From Octopus sinensis (Eukaryota): DNA of 64,000 bases. The position numbers and the translations under genes are program-made. The stretch covers positions 93,558,001 to 93,622,000 of the forward strand of contig NC_042998.1 in NCBI RefSeq assembly GCF_006345805.1, in the 5' to 3' direction. The stretch's first letter is position 1; every line of letters starts with the position of its first letter. The notes under the pieces were generated by a model that worked only from the letters and a program-made list of their open reading frames with translations, did not search any database and was not told the DNA's origin. Below, piece by piece: positions 50,777 to 64,000 of the stretch.

Positions 50777-51154
50777 GGTACTCCATCGGTTACGTCAACG
50801 AGGGTTCCAGTTGATCCAGTCAACAGAACAGCCTACTCGTGAAATTAACATGCAAGTGGCTGAGCACTCCACAGACACTTGTACCCTTAATGTAGTTCTC
50901 GGGGAGATTCAGCGTGACACAGAGTGTGACAAGGTTGGCCCTTTGAAATACATGGACAACAGAAATAGGAAGAAAGAGTGAGAGAAAGCTGTGGTGAAAG
51001 AGTACAGCAGGGTTCGCCACCACCCCCTGCCAGAGCCTCGTGGAGCTTTAGGTATTTTCACTCAATAAGCACTCACAATGCCCGGTCTGGGAATCGAAAC
51101 TGCGATCCTACGACCATGAGTCCACTGCCCTAACCACTAGGCCATTGTGCCTCC
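50777..51154 (-). mobile_element. SINE family C
   Basis: Collinear with 25080-25462. Confidence 0.88.
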
Positions 51155-51632
51155 ACACAACACAAATATAGCATTGCTGTATATAGGTTGTATAGTATAG
51201 CCTTAGTACTGCTTATTATGCTTTTGAAAATAGATATGTCATATGACATTGAGAAGAAGTTATGTAATGTTATATTTAACATTATGATGTGATACTTAAC
51301 ATCAGCTGTATACTACTTATTATGTTGAGCATTCTAAATGGGATATATAAGTGTAGATGATAATGCATATTGTTGAGTTTATATTATACAATGTGCTGGT
51401 GAGTATAGATTTTATAAGATGTTATTTAGTGTTAATTATGTACTGCTCTCTTAAGCATAGATTTACATGTTGAGATGGAGAGAGTTCATTATATAATGTT
51501 TTCAACTATATTATGGTTCAAGTGGAGGTTCATAGTTTTACTGTTGGCTCATTTTAGTGAGGGCTTACAATGGGTTATAATTGGTTAGAGTCTATAGTCA
51601 ATAATTGAATGTATTTTGTTAGACTAATCTCA

Positions 51633-51855
51633 TATGAGGGGTCACTGAAAAGATCCTGGCTATGGGTAAAAGAAAATACAGGAGGATTAGTTATCATGAT
51701 TTTATTCAACATATCCCACTGCCCACAGATTCAAACACTCATTGCAGTGGTCCTTCAGTTTTTCTAAGCCTTGTAAAAGAACTTGGAAGGTTGGGTAACC
51801 AACCAGGCCTTTCACAATACCCTTAAAGCCAGGAACTTTTCAGCACTCCCTTGTA
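51633..51855 (-). mobile_element. Mariner-derived MITE
   Basis: TIRs TA-TGAGGGGTCACTGAAAAGATCCTGGCT and AGCCAGGAACTTTTCAGCACTCCCTTG-TA. The interior retains GLEKLKDHCNECLNL..GYVE*, a transposase C-terminus. Confidence 0.8.
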
Positions 51856-52456
51856 ATTGCATGTTATTGAATGATACAGTTGACTGAATGAGTCTAGTGG
51901 TAGTACTAAACAATCAATGCTCTGAATGTTTATTATAGCACTACCACTAGACTCGTTCATTCAACCGTGTCAGCCTTAACTTACAACACTAAACATTGTC
52001 ACTTGATACTAACACATGGACATAGCTGGGAACCTACAAAAATTTCTAAGACCAATCATGTGACAATCCTCTACAAATCAAACCCTATTCAAAACATATA
52101 CTAATTTGAGCCGTGAACTCCCAATAAAAATAGAGCAAGCTTCAAACACTAGTCAGAAGCTAGACAGCTGCAACATAAGCCACATCTTTCTATTTCAAAT
52201 TTTTGAAAATCAGTGTAAACTATGAAACCAGTTAAATTTTTCAATATAATAATAAAAAAATATTTTAACTATTCTCAGTGCATTTTCAACTTCTATTTTT
52301 CCTATATTTCTACCCGGGTGGAATAAAATAACTTTGTTTCCTCTATTGACATATATATATAATGAATTATTGATGATATATGTGTGTGTGCATGTGTGTA
52401 TGTGAGAGAGAGAAAGATAGATAGATAGACAGATAGACAGATAGATAGATAGATAT

Positions 52457-52628
<172 letters not shown>

Positions 52629-52644
52629 TGATAGATAGACAGAT

Positions 52645-53060
52645 CAACATCATCTGTTGTCCATGTTGGCATGGGTTGGATGTTGTGACCAGGGCTAGCA
52701 AGGTGGAAGGCTGCACCAGACCACAGTCTGATTTGGCATAATTTCTACAGCTGGATGTCTGTCCTAATGCCAACCACTCTGAGAGTGTAATGGGTGTTTT
52801 TACATGCCACTGGCATGAGTGCCATTTGCATGACACCACTATTTGCCATGACTGCAATTTTCCTTGGCTTGATGGGTTTTCTTCTCAAGCATGACACCAT
52901 GTCAAAGGTCTCAGTCATTGTCTCAGTGAGACCCAACACTCAAAAGGAGCTTGGGCCTCATGGAGGCAATGACCGAGGCCTTTGGCATTATGTCATGCTT
53001 GAGAAGAAAACCCATCAAGCCAAGTAAAATTGCAGTCATGGCAGATACTGGTGTCATGCA
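52645..53060. mobile_element. Two RTE 3'-end fragments in opposite orientation
   Basis: CATGGGTTGGA..CTACAGCTGGATG..CCTAATGCCAACCACTCTG is shared with 53575-53760. The plus-strand part encodes a remnant similar to LGLxEAMTxDRDLW. Confidence 0.7.
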
Positions 53061-53565
53061 CCTGTGCTGATCCTTATTAATACCAAAATCTCAAATAATG
53101 TCAGAATTGAAGATCTAAGAGAAATAACCAAATTACTACCAGTTACCACAGTCATCAAAAATAAAGAAGTCAAACTGCTTCGCTACATTAAGTAAATAGT
53201 TTGTGATATCAGCAAGATCTGTTCAGAAGGTATGATTAATGGAAAGAGAAACAGAGGTTGGTAACGTAAAAGATGGAGAGATACCATCAAGCATGGACAG
53301 GTTTTGACATAGTTTCCCTGAATGCTCTTACCAAAGATTGGTACTATGGAGACAACTATCTCATGTTGGTGTGCATCCTGATACATGCAGAGATAGTAAG
53401 AAATGATGACGATCATGATATGCTACATGTAGTATGTGTTTCTTAGTGTAGATTATACGGCATATTTTTAGTGTATGCTATTATTGTGTATTTTCAGATT
53501 TTCTGTGTTATGTGCTATGATAATATAATGTTAAGAGAAAGGGAGAGAAACAGAGAGAGAGAAAA

Positions 53566-54950
53566 TCATCATCATCATCATTTAACGTCCGCTTTCCATG
53601 CTAGCATGGGTTGGATGGTTTGACCAGGGTCTGGGAATCCAGGAGGCTGCACCAGACTCCACTCTGATCTGGCAGTGTTTCTACAGCTGGATGCCCTTCC
53701 TAATGCCTACCACTCTGTGAGTGTAGTGGGTGCTTTTTACATGCCACCGGCACAGGGGCCAGAGGAGGCTAGCAACAGCCACGAATGGTTGATGCTTTTT
53801 ACCAGTGCTGGCATCAGCCACGTTTGGATGGTGCTTTTTACGTGCCACTGGCACAGGTATCACAACTACAATTTCCATTTGATTTTTATTTTGATGTTGA
53901 TGTACTTGACTCAATAGGTCTTCTCAAGCACTGCAGGTTGCCCAACAATCCAAGGTAAGCACAGCAGGCCGTCCTGTGAGCCATGAACTCACTTCATTTG
54001 TTGGGTCTTCGCAGTTACAGCATATCTCCAGAGGTCTTGGTCTTTCGTTATTACTTCTGTGAGGCTTAATGTTCGAAAGTCTTGCTTGACCACCTCATCC
54101 CATGTCTTCCTGGGTCTACCTCTACCCCAGATTCCTTCAACTGTTTGGGATTGGCACTTCTTCACCTATCTCTCCTCATCCATCCGTAGTACATGACCAT
54201 ACCAACGCAAACATCTCTTCTGCAATGCTTCTTATATCCAACATTTCTCTCAGGGTGCTTACACTCTGTCGTGCATGCACACTGACATTACACATCTAGC
54301 AGATCATGCTAGCTTCATTTCTTTCGAGCCTACGCATGTCCTCCACAGTCACGGCCCATGTTTCACTACCGTGAAGCATGTCAGTTCACACACATGCGTC
54401 ATACAATCTACCTTTCACTCTTAGCGAGAGACCCTTTGTCGCCAGTAGGGGAAGAAGCTTTCTAAACTTTGCCCAGGCTATTCTTATTCTAGTGGAAACA
54501 CCCCCTGAGCATCCACTAATAACTTGGTCACCTAGATAGCAGAGCTATCAACTACTTCTAGTTTCTTCCCCTGGAGTGTGATGGAATCTGTTTTCTGAGT
54601 ATCTGTGGTGTCTATTGCCCCTGTGCATCTGATGCACACGAAAGCTATCTTCTCGGCTAATTTTCGTTTGATATTGCTGCACCTCTTATGTGTCCATAGC
54701 TTACACTGGGTACATCTTATGGAGTTTCTACCTACACCATTTCTACAGATCAAGCAGGGCCACCTACCTAAGTGAGTGTGTGATGAGTTCGCCTTCCTAG
54801 CTACTAGAATTTTGGTCTTTGCTACATTGACTCTAAGGCCTTTTGATTCTAAACCAAGCTTCCACATCCGAAATTTCTTTTCTAGTTCTGGTAGTGATTC
54901 TGCTATGAGGGCTAGGTCATCAGCATAGAGGAGCTCCCAGGGGCAACCCG
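53566..54950 (-). mobile_element. RTE-clade LINE, 5'-truncated in RT, with (GAT)n tail
   Basis: GCPWELLYADDL..GLRVNVAKTK..C4HC3 insert..YLGDQ..AWAKFRKLLPLL..GRPRKTWDEVVKQD, followed by a 3' UTR. Confidence 0.92.
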
Positions 54951-54954
54951 TATG

Positions 54955-55054
<100 letters not shown>

Positions 55055-55487
55055 GGTAGAGAGAAAGATCAAAATTACAACTGAGCAAAGAGTAAACCTA
55101 ACCAAGTAGTAAAAGAAAATAGTCAGTGAAAGGTTATAGTAGGCAGAGCTAAATCCAATTCTGTGTGATGACTAAAGGATAACAGAAGGAAGAGAAATTG
55201 TTCTAAAGCATGGACCAAAAGAACAGTGATATTTGCTCAGCACAATTTGAAGAAATGATCCTGACAGAACAGGTTGAAATCCTGATCACTACTGACAGAT
55301 GATGAAGAATAAATGCAGGTTATTTGAGTTATTTAGTATAGCTAGTGTTGTACCTTTGCTCAGTGACTGGTTTGGGGTTTGGTCCCATTGTGTAGCACCT
55401 TGAAATGGTGGCCGAAGGCTGACCAAAGCATTGCAAGTGTATGTGATTAATGGAAACTGAAAGAAACTCATCATATACATGTGCATT

Positions 55488-55547
<60 letters not shown>

Positions 55548-55589
55548 AGTTGTTCAATATAGCTATACTGCTGTTTTCAGGGTAACTCT

Positions 55590-55973
55590 TTACTCTCTTT
55601 TACTCTTTTGCTTGTTTCAGTTATTTGACTGCGGCCTTTGCTTGAGCAAATTGACCCCAGGATTTATTCTTCGTAAGCCTAGTACTTATTCTATTAGTCT
55701 CTTTTGCTGAATCACTATGTTACGGAGACGTAAACACACCAGAATCGGTTGTCAAGTGATGTTGAGGAGACGAACACAGACACACAAACACACACACACA
55801 TTTATACATATACATATATACGACGGACTTCTTTCAGTTTCTGTCTACCAAATCCTCTCACAAGACTTTGGTCGGCCTGAGGCTATAGTAGAAGACACTT
55901 GCCCAAGGTGGAACTGAACCCGGAACCATGTGGCTGGTAAGCAAGCTACTTACCAGACAGCCACTCCTGTGCC
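55590..55973 (-). mobile_element. SINE family A
   Basis: Reverse-complement match. Confidence 0.85.
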
Positions 55974-56660
55974 TATGTTTATTTTTTTTGTCTTTTTTTT
56001 TGTGTGGCTGTAATGTACACATATAAGGGATAGTTGGCAATGAAACAGTACAAGTCTATTGTTAACCACTGAAGCTAAGTAATCAAGTAAACATCAATGA
56101 TTAATTCATTTAATATATTAACCCTTTCAATTTCAACTTGTTTGAAACTACCTCAGCTTCTATGATACAAGCTTTCTATTTAAAGTCATTTAATTTAAAA
56201 CCTTCTATCAAAATTTCATATTAATTTATACACCAAACTTCAGCTTAATAATAATAATGAACTTATAATACTAAATTCTGCATTGTTTTCAGAATTAATT
56301 AAACAATTGAAACAAAGGCTGTGTATTTAAACAGAAATATAGTCATAAAAGTATTGAGATAGGTTGTATTTATTTGGTGTTTACAACAGTAAAACTACAA
56401 AGTGAATTGAATGCTTAAATGGGTTGCCAATCATATAGCATGAGAGATACTTTAGAATAGATCTAAATTAAACATACCAAATTTAAGTCCCACTTCATAT
56501 ATTAGATAATGGCTTTAACTAACTGTAAGTCTGTAACTGACTTATTTTTATCAAATATATAATATGGAAATCCCATCTCCACTATTTTTTATAAAAAGAG
56601 ACTGTAGAAAATACCAATAAATCCTTCTATACAAATGATAATATTGATATAAGATTATTA

Positions 56661-56707
<47 letters not shown>

Positions 56708-56710
<3 letters not shown>

Positions 56711-57241
56711 TAGTTTTATTTTTATAGCGTGCTTTCACTTCACTACCGAGCGCAGCTCTGTGTGCCTTGGGTATGTGCTGTGATTTGTTTGTGATGCTCT
56801 GATGGTTATTGTATGGAAAGTGTTCTGCGTAGGATGTGTGCAGTGCCTAGTAGTGCAATTTTCTGTATGTTATATGTGTTTGTAAGTCCTGGTGTTTTTG
56901 TTATGTATTTGTCTGAATATTTTTTATCATGCCTAATGCACCTACTATGATAGGAATTGTTTCTGTTTTCAGATTCCACATTCTAGTTACCTCTATTTCC
57001 AGGTCTTTGTATTTTGAGAGTTTCTCCATTTCTTTTAGAGACACGTTGTCATCAGCCGGTATTGATACATCAATTAGAAAGCATTTCTTTTCTTCATGGT
57101 CTCTGACAACTATATCTGGTCTGTTGGCCTTAATTTCTCTGTCTGTGTGTATCGGCATATCCCAGAGTATGGTTGCTTTCTCATTTTCTGTGACCTTTTC
57201 TGGTGTGTGCCTATACCATCTTTTTTCTGTTGTTATTCCAT
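56708..57241 (-). mobile_element. R4/Dong-type retrotransposon 3' end (RLE) in (TAA)n
   Basis: KRWYRHTPEKVTENEKATILWDMPIHTDREIKANRPDIVVRDHEEKKCFLIDVSIPADD..EKLSKY, with TAA arrays on both sides. Confidence 0.92.
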
Positions 57242-57242
57242 A

Positions 57243-57319
<77 letters not shown>

Positions 57320-57599
57320 GGCAGCGAGCAGGCAGAATCATTAGCATGCTGGGTGAAATGATCAGCAGTATTTCATCTGCAGCTATGTTCTGAGTTCAAG
57401 TTCCACCAAAGTCGACTTTACCTTTCATCCTTTTGGGGTTGATTAAATAAATACACGCTGGGATTGATATAATCGACTTAATCCCTTCCCCCAAATTTGA
57501 GGCCTTGAAAGAATTATTATTTTTATTATCATTATTATTATTATTATTATCATTATGCTGCTTCTGCTGCTGATGATGATGGTATACTAATGATCGGAT

Positions 57600-59600
57600 T
57601 GCTATGGATTGAATGCTGTTTGAACAGTGAATATTATTTATCTACATGGGTACTGGATATTTATCTACATCCCTATTCTAGAATACCCATAGATTTACTA
57701 TGAACAAGTAGTCTCTTGGTTGTAAGTAGAGTTGATTTTAATAGTAATTGTATGTTAAAGATTTGAACAAACATAAATAACTTCAAACTATTTATTTGAT
57801 TTGAAAGTTTAAATATAATTTGTCATGATCCTTTCATAATGCTATTCATTACAATCTTTAAATTTAACAGTTGGGAAGTAGAGGTTACCAAATCCAAGCC
57901 GTACAGTGGATGGGGAGAACACTGACCAGCATAATTTGTTGATTGCCTGATATGTTGCCAGTTATATGTTATCATGGTAAATGTGGCCCATTTTCAGAAT
58001 CTTGTTTGGTCTCTTCCTCTTAGTGGCTTTTTTATAACCACAATCTAGAAAATCAAGGAGAATGTTCTGATTTGCTGGAAATATTTGTGGTCAATAAATC
58101 ATGATTTTGCTGTTCTGATGACACAGGATGAAACAGGAAATTATCTTTATGATCTTGAAACATAAGAAGTTCAAGAGCCAGTGATTGGTGCAGAAAATCA
58201 TAGTAACTGGGTTTTTTTTTTGTTTTTTTTTGAAGTGATAAATGGCATCATTTTCCTTGATTTTTCTGGAATGTAGTTGGATGCAACTAACATTTGTTTC
58301 AGTAGAGAAATTCATACACTCTGTGAGGTTACATCTGGTATATTGTTGTACAGAAGAGCTATTCTACCATGTAGCTATGTCCAGTCTCTAATAAACTGTC
58401 CAATGTTGTTCATCACCAGAAATGTTTTGTTATATGTGAAGAAATGTTGAATCTACTTTGGGAAATGTTTTGTAATATGCGAAGAGAATTGATCTATATT
58501 CACTCCATATCACAACACATAAATCCTTTCATTAATTCTTTTAAAAATATAAAAGGATACACTTATATTCAATTCAGGAGTAATTTGGGGATTTTATTCA
58601 GCTTCCTGTTTGGTTTTATAAACACAAGGAATTGACAGTATCAATAGATCCTTGAACAGGTTCTTTCATTGCTAGTAACATTATACTATTCAATTTTTTG
58701 TGAGTGTTTGTGTTTTTTTTTCCAACTTTCCATGTTGTGTGAAGGTGACTTTCCTACAGGGTCCTTACATCAATTCATACTTTGATTTTTGCCTGTCTTT
58801 ATTTAAAACATAATCCTAAGCTTGCCTATTGTACAGTTAAGATAAATTGTTGTAGGATTATTTTTATTTATTTTTTCCCCCATTTTTCTACAAGCTGTTC
58901 TTTCTCAGCAAACATGTCACTGAGTCAGGGTTATTCTCAGGATAATCCTGAATGTTCTATCATTGATGAATGATATATAGTGTCATTCTTTCAGACTTTT
59001 GTCTAACACTGTAATAATATGCTAGCCCTGTGGCTAAAATAATTTATCCTGATTGTAGGTTATCTACTTTATCTACAGTGATATCAGAAGTTTCATTATA
59101 GTATACCTTCTTTTGATCATGACTGGTTCTATCCATGAATAATATATTCTGTGATATTTACAGGAATAGAAACAGTGTTTTTTTTTTGTTTTTTTTTTTT
59201 CATCTACATCCTGAATATTAAGGTTATTCTTTGGTTTTCATTCTGGCCTACCAACTTGCTGGAAATCTCTTGTTCCCTTGCACTTTTAGCATCTCACATA
59301 GCTTCCAGACATTTTGTTTGGATTACAAACGGATGTTAATCTATTTAGTTTGTCTTTTGCTCTATGATCAGATTTCATAAAATCTGCAGTTGTTATTTAT
59401 TTCTTTTTATCACAGATCTCCAGTCTATCACCAACTACGTGTGTGAATCTAATTTTGCTAATCACTCACAGGTGATACATTTACTGTAGATTTTCGTGTA
59501 TATATCACAACCCTCTCTTTAATGTTAAATCTTGGCACACAACTTTTTTCCCTTCATAGTTTTCACATTGTCCCTTGTATAATTTACACTCCAGTATTTT
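57600..59600 (-). mobile_element. Possible very old LINE ORF2 fossil (APE to start of RT)
   Basis: Scattered remnants: REGCDIYTK resembles GGGVxIYVK, GLDLVT resembles PGxDxIT, and CR*ISSTHVDKII resembles YRPISLTSVxxKI. Many stops and frameshifts. Confidence 0.3.
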
Positions 59601-60481
59601 TTCAGTTAAAATCAAATATAAATTTATACCCTAAGTAAGTACAGTGTATAGATTCAGCCTTGGAAAATAATGTTTACGATGCAGTTTCAATTCTCAGTTG
59701 AGCCATTTCACCTATCTCATTTTAGCGTCTTCTTATACACTTCCTTCAGCGTTTTCTGAACATTCCTTGGAATGTAACATAGTAAAAACTGAAGGTTTAT
59801 CAACATGACAGTTCTTCATTTGTTTATTTTTATTCATTTATTTCTTTTGAATTTCCTTTCTAATATAATCACTGAATCCTTAATTACCACTAATCATAAT
59901 GACTTGTAACATACTGAGTCTTAGAGTTATAACGGAAGGGGAAAGAGCGGGAGACATCGTCCATGTTTTTCCTGAGTCAGTAAATTTGTAAGAACTACAA
60001 ATTGTTGCCTGCCATCAACTACAACCATCACGACTGTCACCTTTATTCCTAACTTCGCCCCTAACCCCATTGAGACAGTCTTTTGTTGTATAGATTAACC
60101 TGACGCCCTTCTTTATTCACAAAATTTTCGGTGTTTATTGTTTTATTGTTCGACAATTATTTAGAGCAAATTATTGCTATTTCGAGCTAAATAAGTCCAT
60201 GAAGTAGCAACAACACCCGACACTCTAATATGTTTACATTTTAGTTGGTTTACCACACGCTGCATTTACCCTTTGCTTTGTCGTTGACAGGACACATGTT
60301 TGGTCTGCAATCCAGACAAAAAGCTGAGGGTTATGTTTACTTTCCACAAACAATGATCTATATTATTCACATAAACGTACAACAGATGCATATACATATA
60401 CACACATCAATAATACATACATGTGTATGTGTGTGTGTACATACATACATACATACATATATATTATGTATATATATACAC

Positions 60482-60586
<105 letters not shown>

Positions 60587-60824
60587 TATATATATACATA
60601 CATACATATACATATATATTTATATGCATGCATACATACATACATACATACACACATGTATGTGTGTTTGCATATATATATATATATATGTATTCACGCA
60701 TACATGATCGCCGTGTCTAACCGTCGTGCATATTCACACATATTTTATCGTTTCTTTGTTTCACAAAGTTTCTAGTTTTTCCTTTCATTTTATTCATTCA
60801 TACACAAATGATATACACGCTGAT

Positions 60825-60868
<44 letters not shown>

Positions 60869-61464
60869 ACACACACACCACACATCATGCAAACATACAT
60901 ACTTGTGCACACACGCATACTTACACAAACCCCATAGAACACATACCCGTCGATCTCTGCAATGCGCAGATATCGTGGTAATGGCAATAGTGGTGGTGTT
61001 GTTGCTGTTGTTGTTGTTGTTGTTGTTGTTGATGACGACGATGATGATGATGATGATGACGACGACGACGACGACGATGACGGTGATGATGATGTTGTTG
61101 TTGTCGTGTTTTTACCCGTCGTTCGACAATGAAGATTCAGTAATATGTTCCACTGAATCCCTGCTCCTGAATTAACGTGTAACCGAGCATTCCACTGACA
61201 TGCGAACCCTTAATATAATTCTCAAGCAGAATCATCGTGACAGTGTGTGTATGACAAGGCTGTTTCTTTTGAATTAAACCTACAGTCCAATCGGCGAGCT
61301 TCAATACAGTTTCTGTCCACTCATAGGTCAACCCGAGGCTATAGAAAATGATACATGCTCAAGATGTCACGCAGAAAGTGCGAATCCGGAACTACGTGAT
61401 TTCGAAGCGAGTTTGCAAACTGGTGGTATTCGATCGCACATACGACAGATACTTTATATACAGA

Positions 61465-61517
<53 letters not shown>

Positions 61518-61518
<1 letters not shown>

Positions 61519-61689
61519 GCGCAGGAGTGGTAAGTGGCTTGCTTACCAACCACATGGCTCCGGGTTCAGTCCCACTGTGTGACACCTTGGGCAAGTGTCT
61601 TCTTCTATAGCCTTGGCCGACCACTCACAAGGCTATGGCCAGCTTGAGGCTATAGTAGAAGCTACTTATCACACACCCTCTCCTGCGCC
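61518..61689. mobile_element. Fold-back chimera of two SINE A 5' halves
   Basis: Starts GGCGCAGGAG and ends CTCCTGCGCC. It also has an internal inverted TTCTATAGCCT / AGGCTATAGTAGAA. Confidence 0.7.
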
Positions 61690-61808
61690 TAAATAAAATA
61701 ATTCTTTCAGTTTTTGGTACAAAGCCAACAGTTTTAAAGGGAGAGTGCGAGTTGATCACATTGACCCCAGGGCTGGACTGGTACTTATTTTATTAACTCA
61801 AATGATGA

Positions 61809-61854
<46 letters not shown>

Positions 61855-61879
61855 TATATATATATAATATATATATATA

Positions 61880-62717
61880 TCTCTTCTATATAAAACTGAA
61901 ATGCTTTTTACCGCTTGGATCGCTTTCAATGCCACTACGTCCCGTCCGATTCGCTCCAAAATTTACAGGGACATGTAGAATGAGGTGACGATGCTCGTGG
62001 GCTACCTTAGAATCCCTATCTTAAAAGGTGTGGTTGCTAGGGCCATCTTCCCTCACTCACGCTATTTCCTCCTTTCCCTCCTTACTACTCCTCTTTCATG
62101 TATACTTTGAGAGATCCACTCTCGCTATTTCCTACCTTCCCATCACGTCGGCGCGTTCTTTTAAGTATCTGTCTGTCACCAACAACACACGAGCATGAGA
62201 ACAAATATTATGAATCAGATATTCTTGCGTTCATTTATGTGTGGTGTGTTTATCTATATATAAATATGTATATATAATGTTGTGTGGCGTGTGTGTGTGG
62301 TGTGTTCTATATAAAATATTATATATAATGTATGTGTGTGTGTGTGTGTGTCTATATATAAATATTATATATAATGTATGTGTGTGGTGTGTGTGTTTAT
62401 TATAAATATGTATATATAATGTATGTTACAAAGTGTAATACTGTATTTATGTATATTAAACTTTTTCATACTTTTTCATAGTTATATATTTTTAAACAAA
62501 TTATAAATATAGTTTAATAATTTTTATTTTCAATTTAAATAATTAAATTTTTCAATTTTCAATTTTATATATTTTCTATATTATATTTTTTTAATGTTTC
62601 TGTTTTTGGTTTTTCACTGTTTGATTTGCCTATTAGTGATTTTCTCTCTAATTTAATTTATATAGATATATATCTCATTTGTATATATAATGCGTGCACA
62701 CACACACTCACACACAC

Positions 62718-62748
<31 letters not shown>

Positions 62749-62930
62749 ATGTGTGCATTACGTAGTCGGTCGATTCAGCTGAAAATATGCACACCTATGT
62801 TAAAAGTGCTGGCAAGTTTGCATGACAACTATGTTTTTCCTCAAATGAAAGGCGTCACCTCTAGGACAAAATTCCTCATCTTATAAAATGTGACCCCAGT
62901 AGACCCGAATGAAATCGGGTTATATTAACC
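61880..62930 (+). mobile_element. Non-autonomous Helitron-like element
   Basis: 5' TCTATATAAAA start, subterminal hairpin ACCCGA-atgaaa-TCGGGT at 62903-62920 and an internal minisatellite of about 45 bp at 62225-62430. The canonical CTRR end is not seen. Confidence 0.4.
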
Positions 62931-63146
62931 AAAATGTGAAAAGGGGTCTAAATGGGGCTGGAAGGGGATTAAAATTTAAAGGAGCGGGTGTTTAGGAATT
63001 CTCTGTTACATCAAGCTAAAAAATTTGCGCCAGCCTTTTAATCGTCAATGTGTTGCCGTCCATGATAAAGAAGTTTTGAATAATTGCCATGGTGAGTCTA
63101 CTGTCGTGAGAAAGAATCACTTCAAAACTTGGTGTTTACGAATTTT

Positions 63147-63246
63147 NNNNNNNNNNNNNNNNNNNNNNNNNNNNNNNNNNNNNNNNNNNNNNNNNNNNNN
63201 NNNNNNNNNNNNNNNNNNNNNNNNNNNNNNNNNNNNNNNNNNNNNN
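63147..63246. other. Assembly gap (100 N)
   Basis: Run of N. Confidence 1.
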
Positions 63247-63299
63247 TACATAATTCCTCATCTCTTAAATATAGAACAATAATAATAATAATAATAATA

Positions 63300-63512
63300 A
63301 TGGTTTCAAATTTTGGCACGAGGTTAGCAATTTCGCGGAAGGGGATAAGTCGGTTACGACGACCCCAGTGCTCAGCTGGTACTTATTTTACCGACCCTCG
63401 AAATGATGAAATGCAAAATCGGCCTCGGTGGAATTTGAACTCAGAACGTAAAGACGAACGAAATTACGCTATGGATTCTACCCAGCATGCTAACGATTCT
63501 GCCAGTTGGCCG
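63300..63512 (-). mobile_element. SINE family B with (ATT)n tail (other diverged copies at about 35340-35560, 38720-38935 and 57318-57510)
   Basis: Reverse-complement match to the family. Confidence 0.8.
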
Positions 63513-63616
63513 ATGATGATGATGATGAAGATAATGATTGATGCTGATGATGATGATGATGATGATGAGGAGGAGGAGGAGGAGGAGGAGAAAGAAGAGG
63601 GTGATGATGAGGAGGC

Positions 63617-63653
<37 letters not shown>

Positions 63654-64000
63654 AATGATAATGATGATGATGGTGGTGGTGGTGGTGGTGGTGGTGGTGG
63701 TGGTGGTGGTGGTGGTTGTGATATATTCAGCTGCTAGTGTTTTTCACAGCTAACTGATGTTTCTTTTGCACTGCCAAGACACAGATTTCTAAAAGCGTCT
63801 CCATACCCATCTGAATGTCCTTCGAAAGAGTCTGTGCAGCAAGTTGTTTTTGCCCAGCTTAATCGTAGCCGTCCTCTTTCATGTCCGTCACTAATTCTCT
63901 ATAGTATACTAGGATCGTGGTTTTCTTAAGACGATAGTCTAGTCGTTAGAACTCTGTAAATACATGCAACATTCCAGTTTCCACATGTTCACCGATGTCT

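Overview
AT-rich, microsatellite-saturated animal genomic DNA, most likely intronic or intergenic octopus (coleoid cephalopod) sequence. That assignment rests on my recognition of the repeat families, not on a database search. No protein-coding gene can be confidently assembled. Almost all track ORFs are translations of (TA)n, (CA)n, (TACA)n, (TAGA)n and (AAT)n arrays or of transposon fragments. The window holds more than 30 copies of four tRNA-headed SINE families and a full-length but inactivated DD34D mariner with perfect 25-bp TIRs. It also contains fragments of CR1, RTE (with a PHD-like insert), R4/Dong-type (in TAA arrays) and Penelope-like (PLE) retroelements, several MITEs and one 100-N gap. 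The most interesting signal is a set of minimal hammerhead-ribozyme (HHR) motifs in small non-coding retroelement-like units. One is a 340-bp insert with a 22-bp flanking duplication (32.9-33.2 kb). Next to it is an LTR-retrozyme-like unit of two 268-bp direct repeats (31.7-32.8 kb). Single motifs lie at 45.8 and 49.2 kb, and a split HHR lies in a PLE at 14.7-15.9 kb. Other signals are a pre-miRNA-like hairpin (30.5 kb), an ETS/CCAAT promoter-like cluster (40.7-41.0 kb), an RFX X-box (44.2 kb), an unidentified decayed reading frame (41.6-42.7 kb) and a few low-confidence exon candidates. All folds, alignments and translations were done by eye and need computational confirmation.
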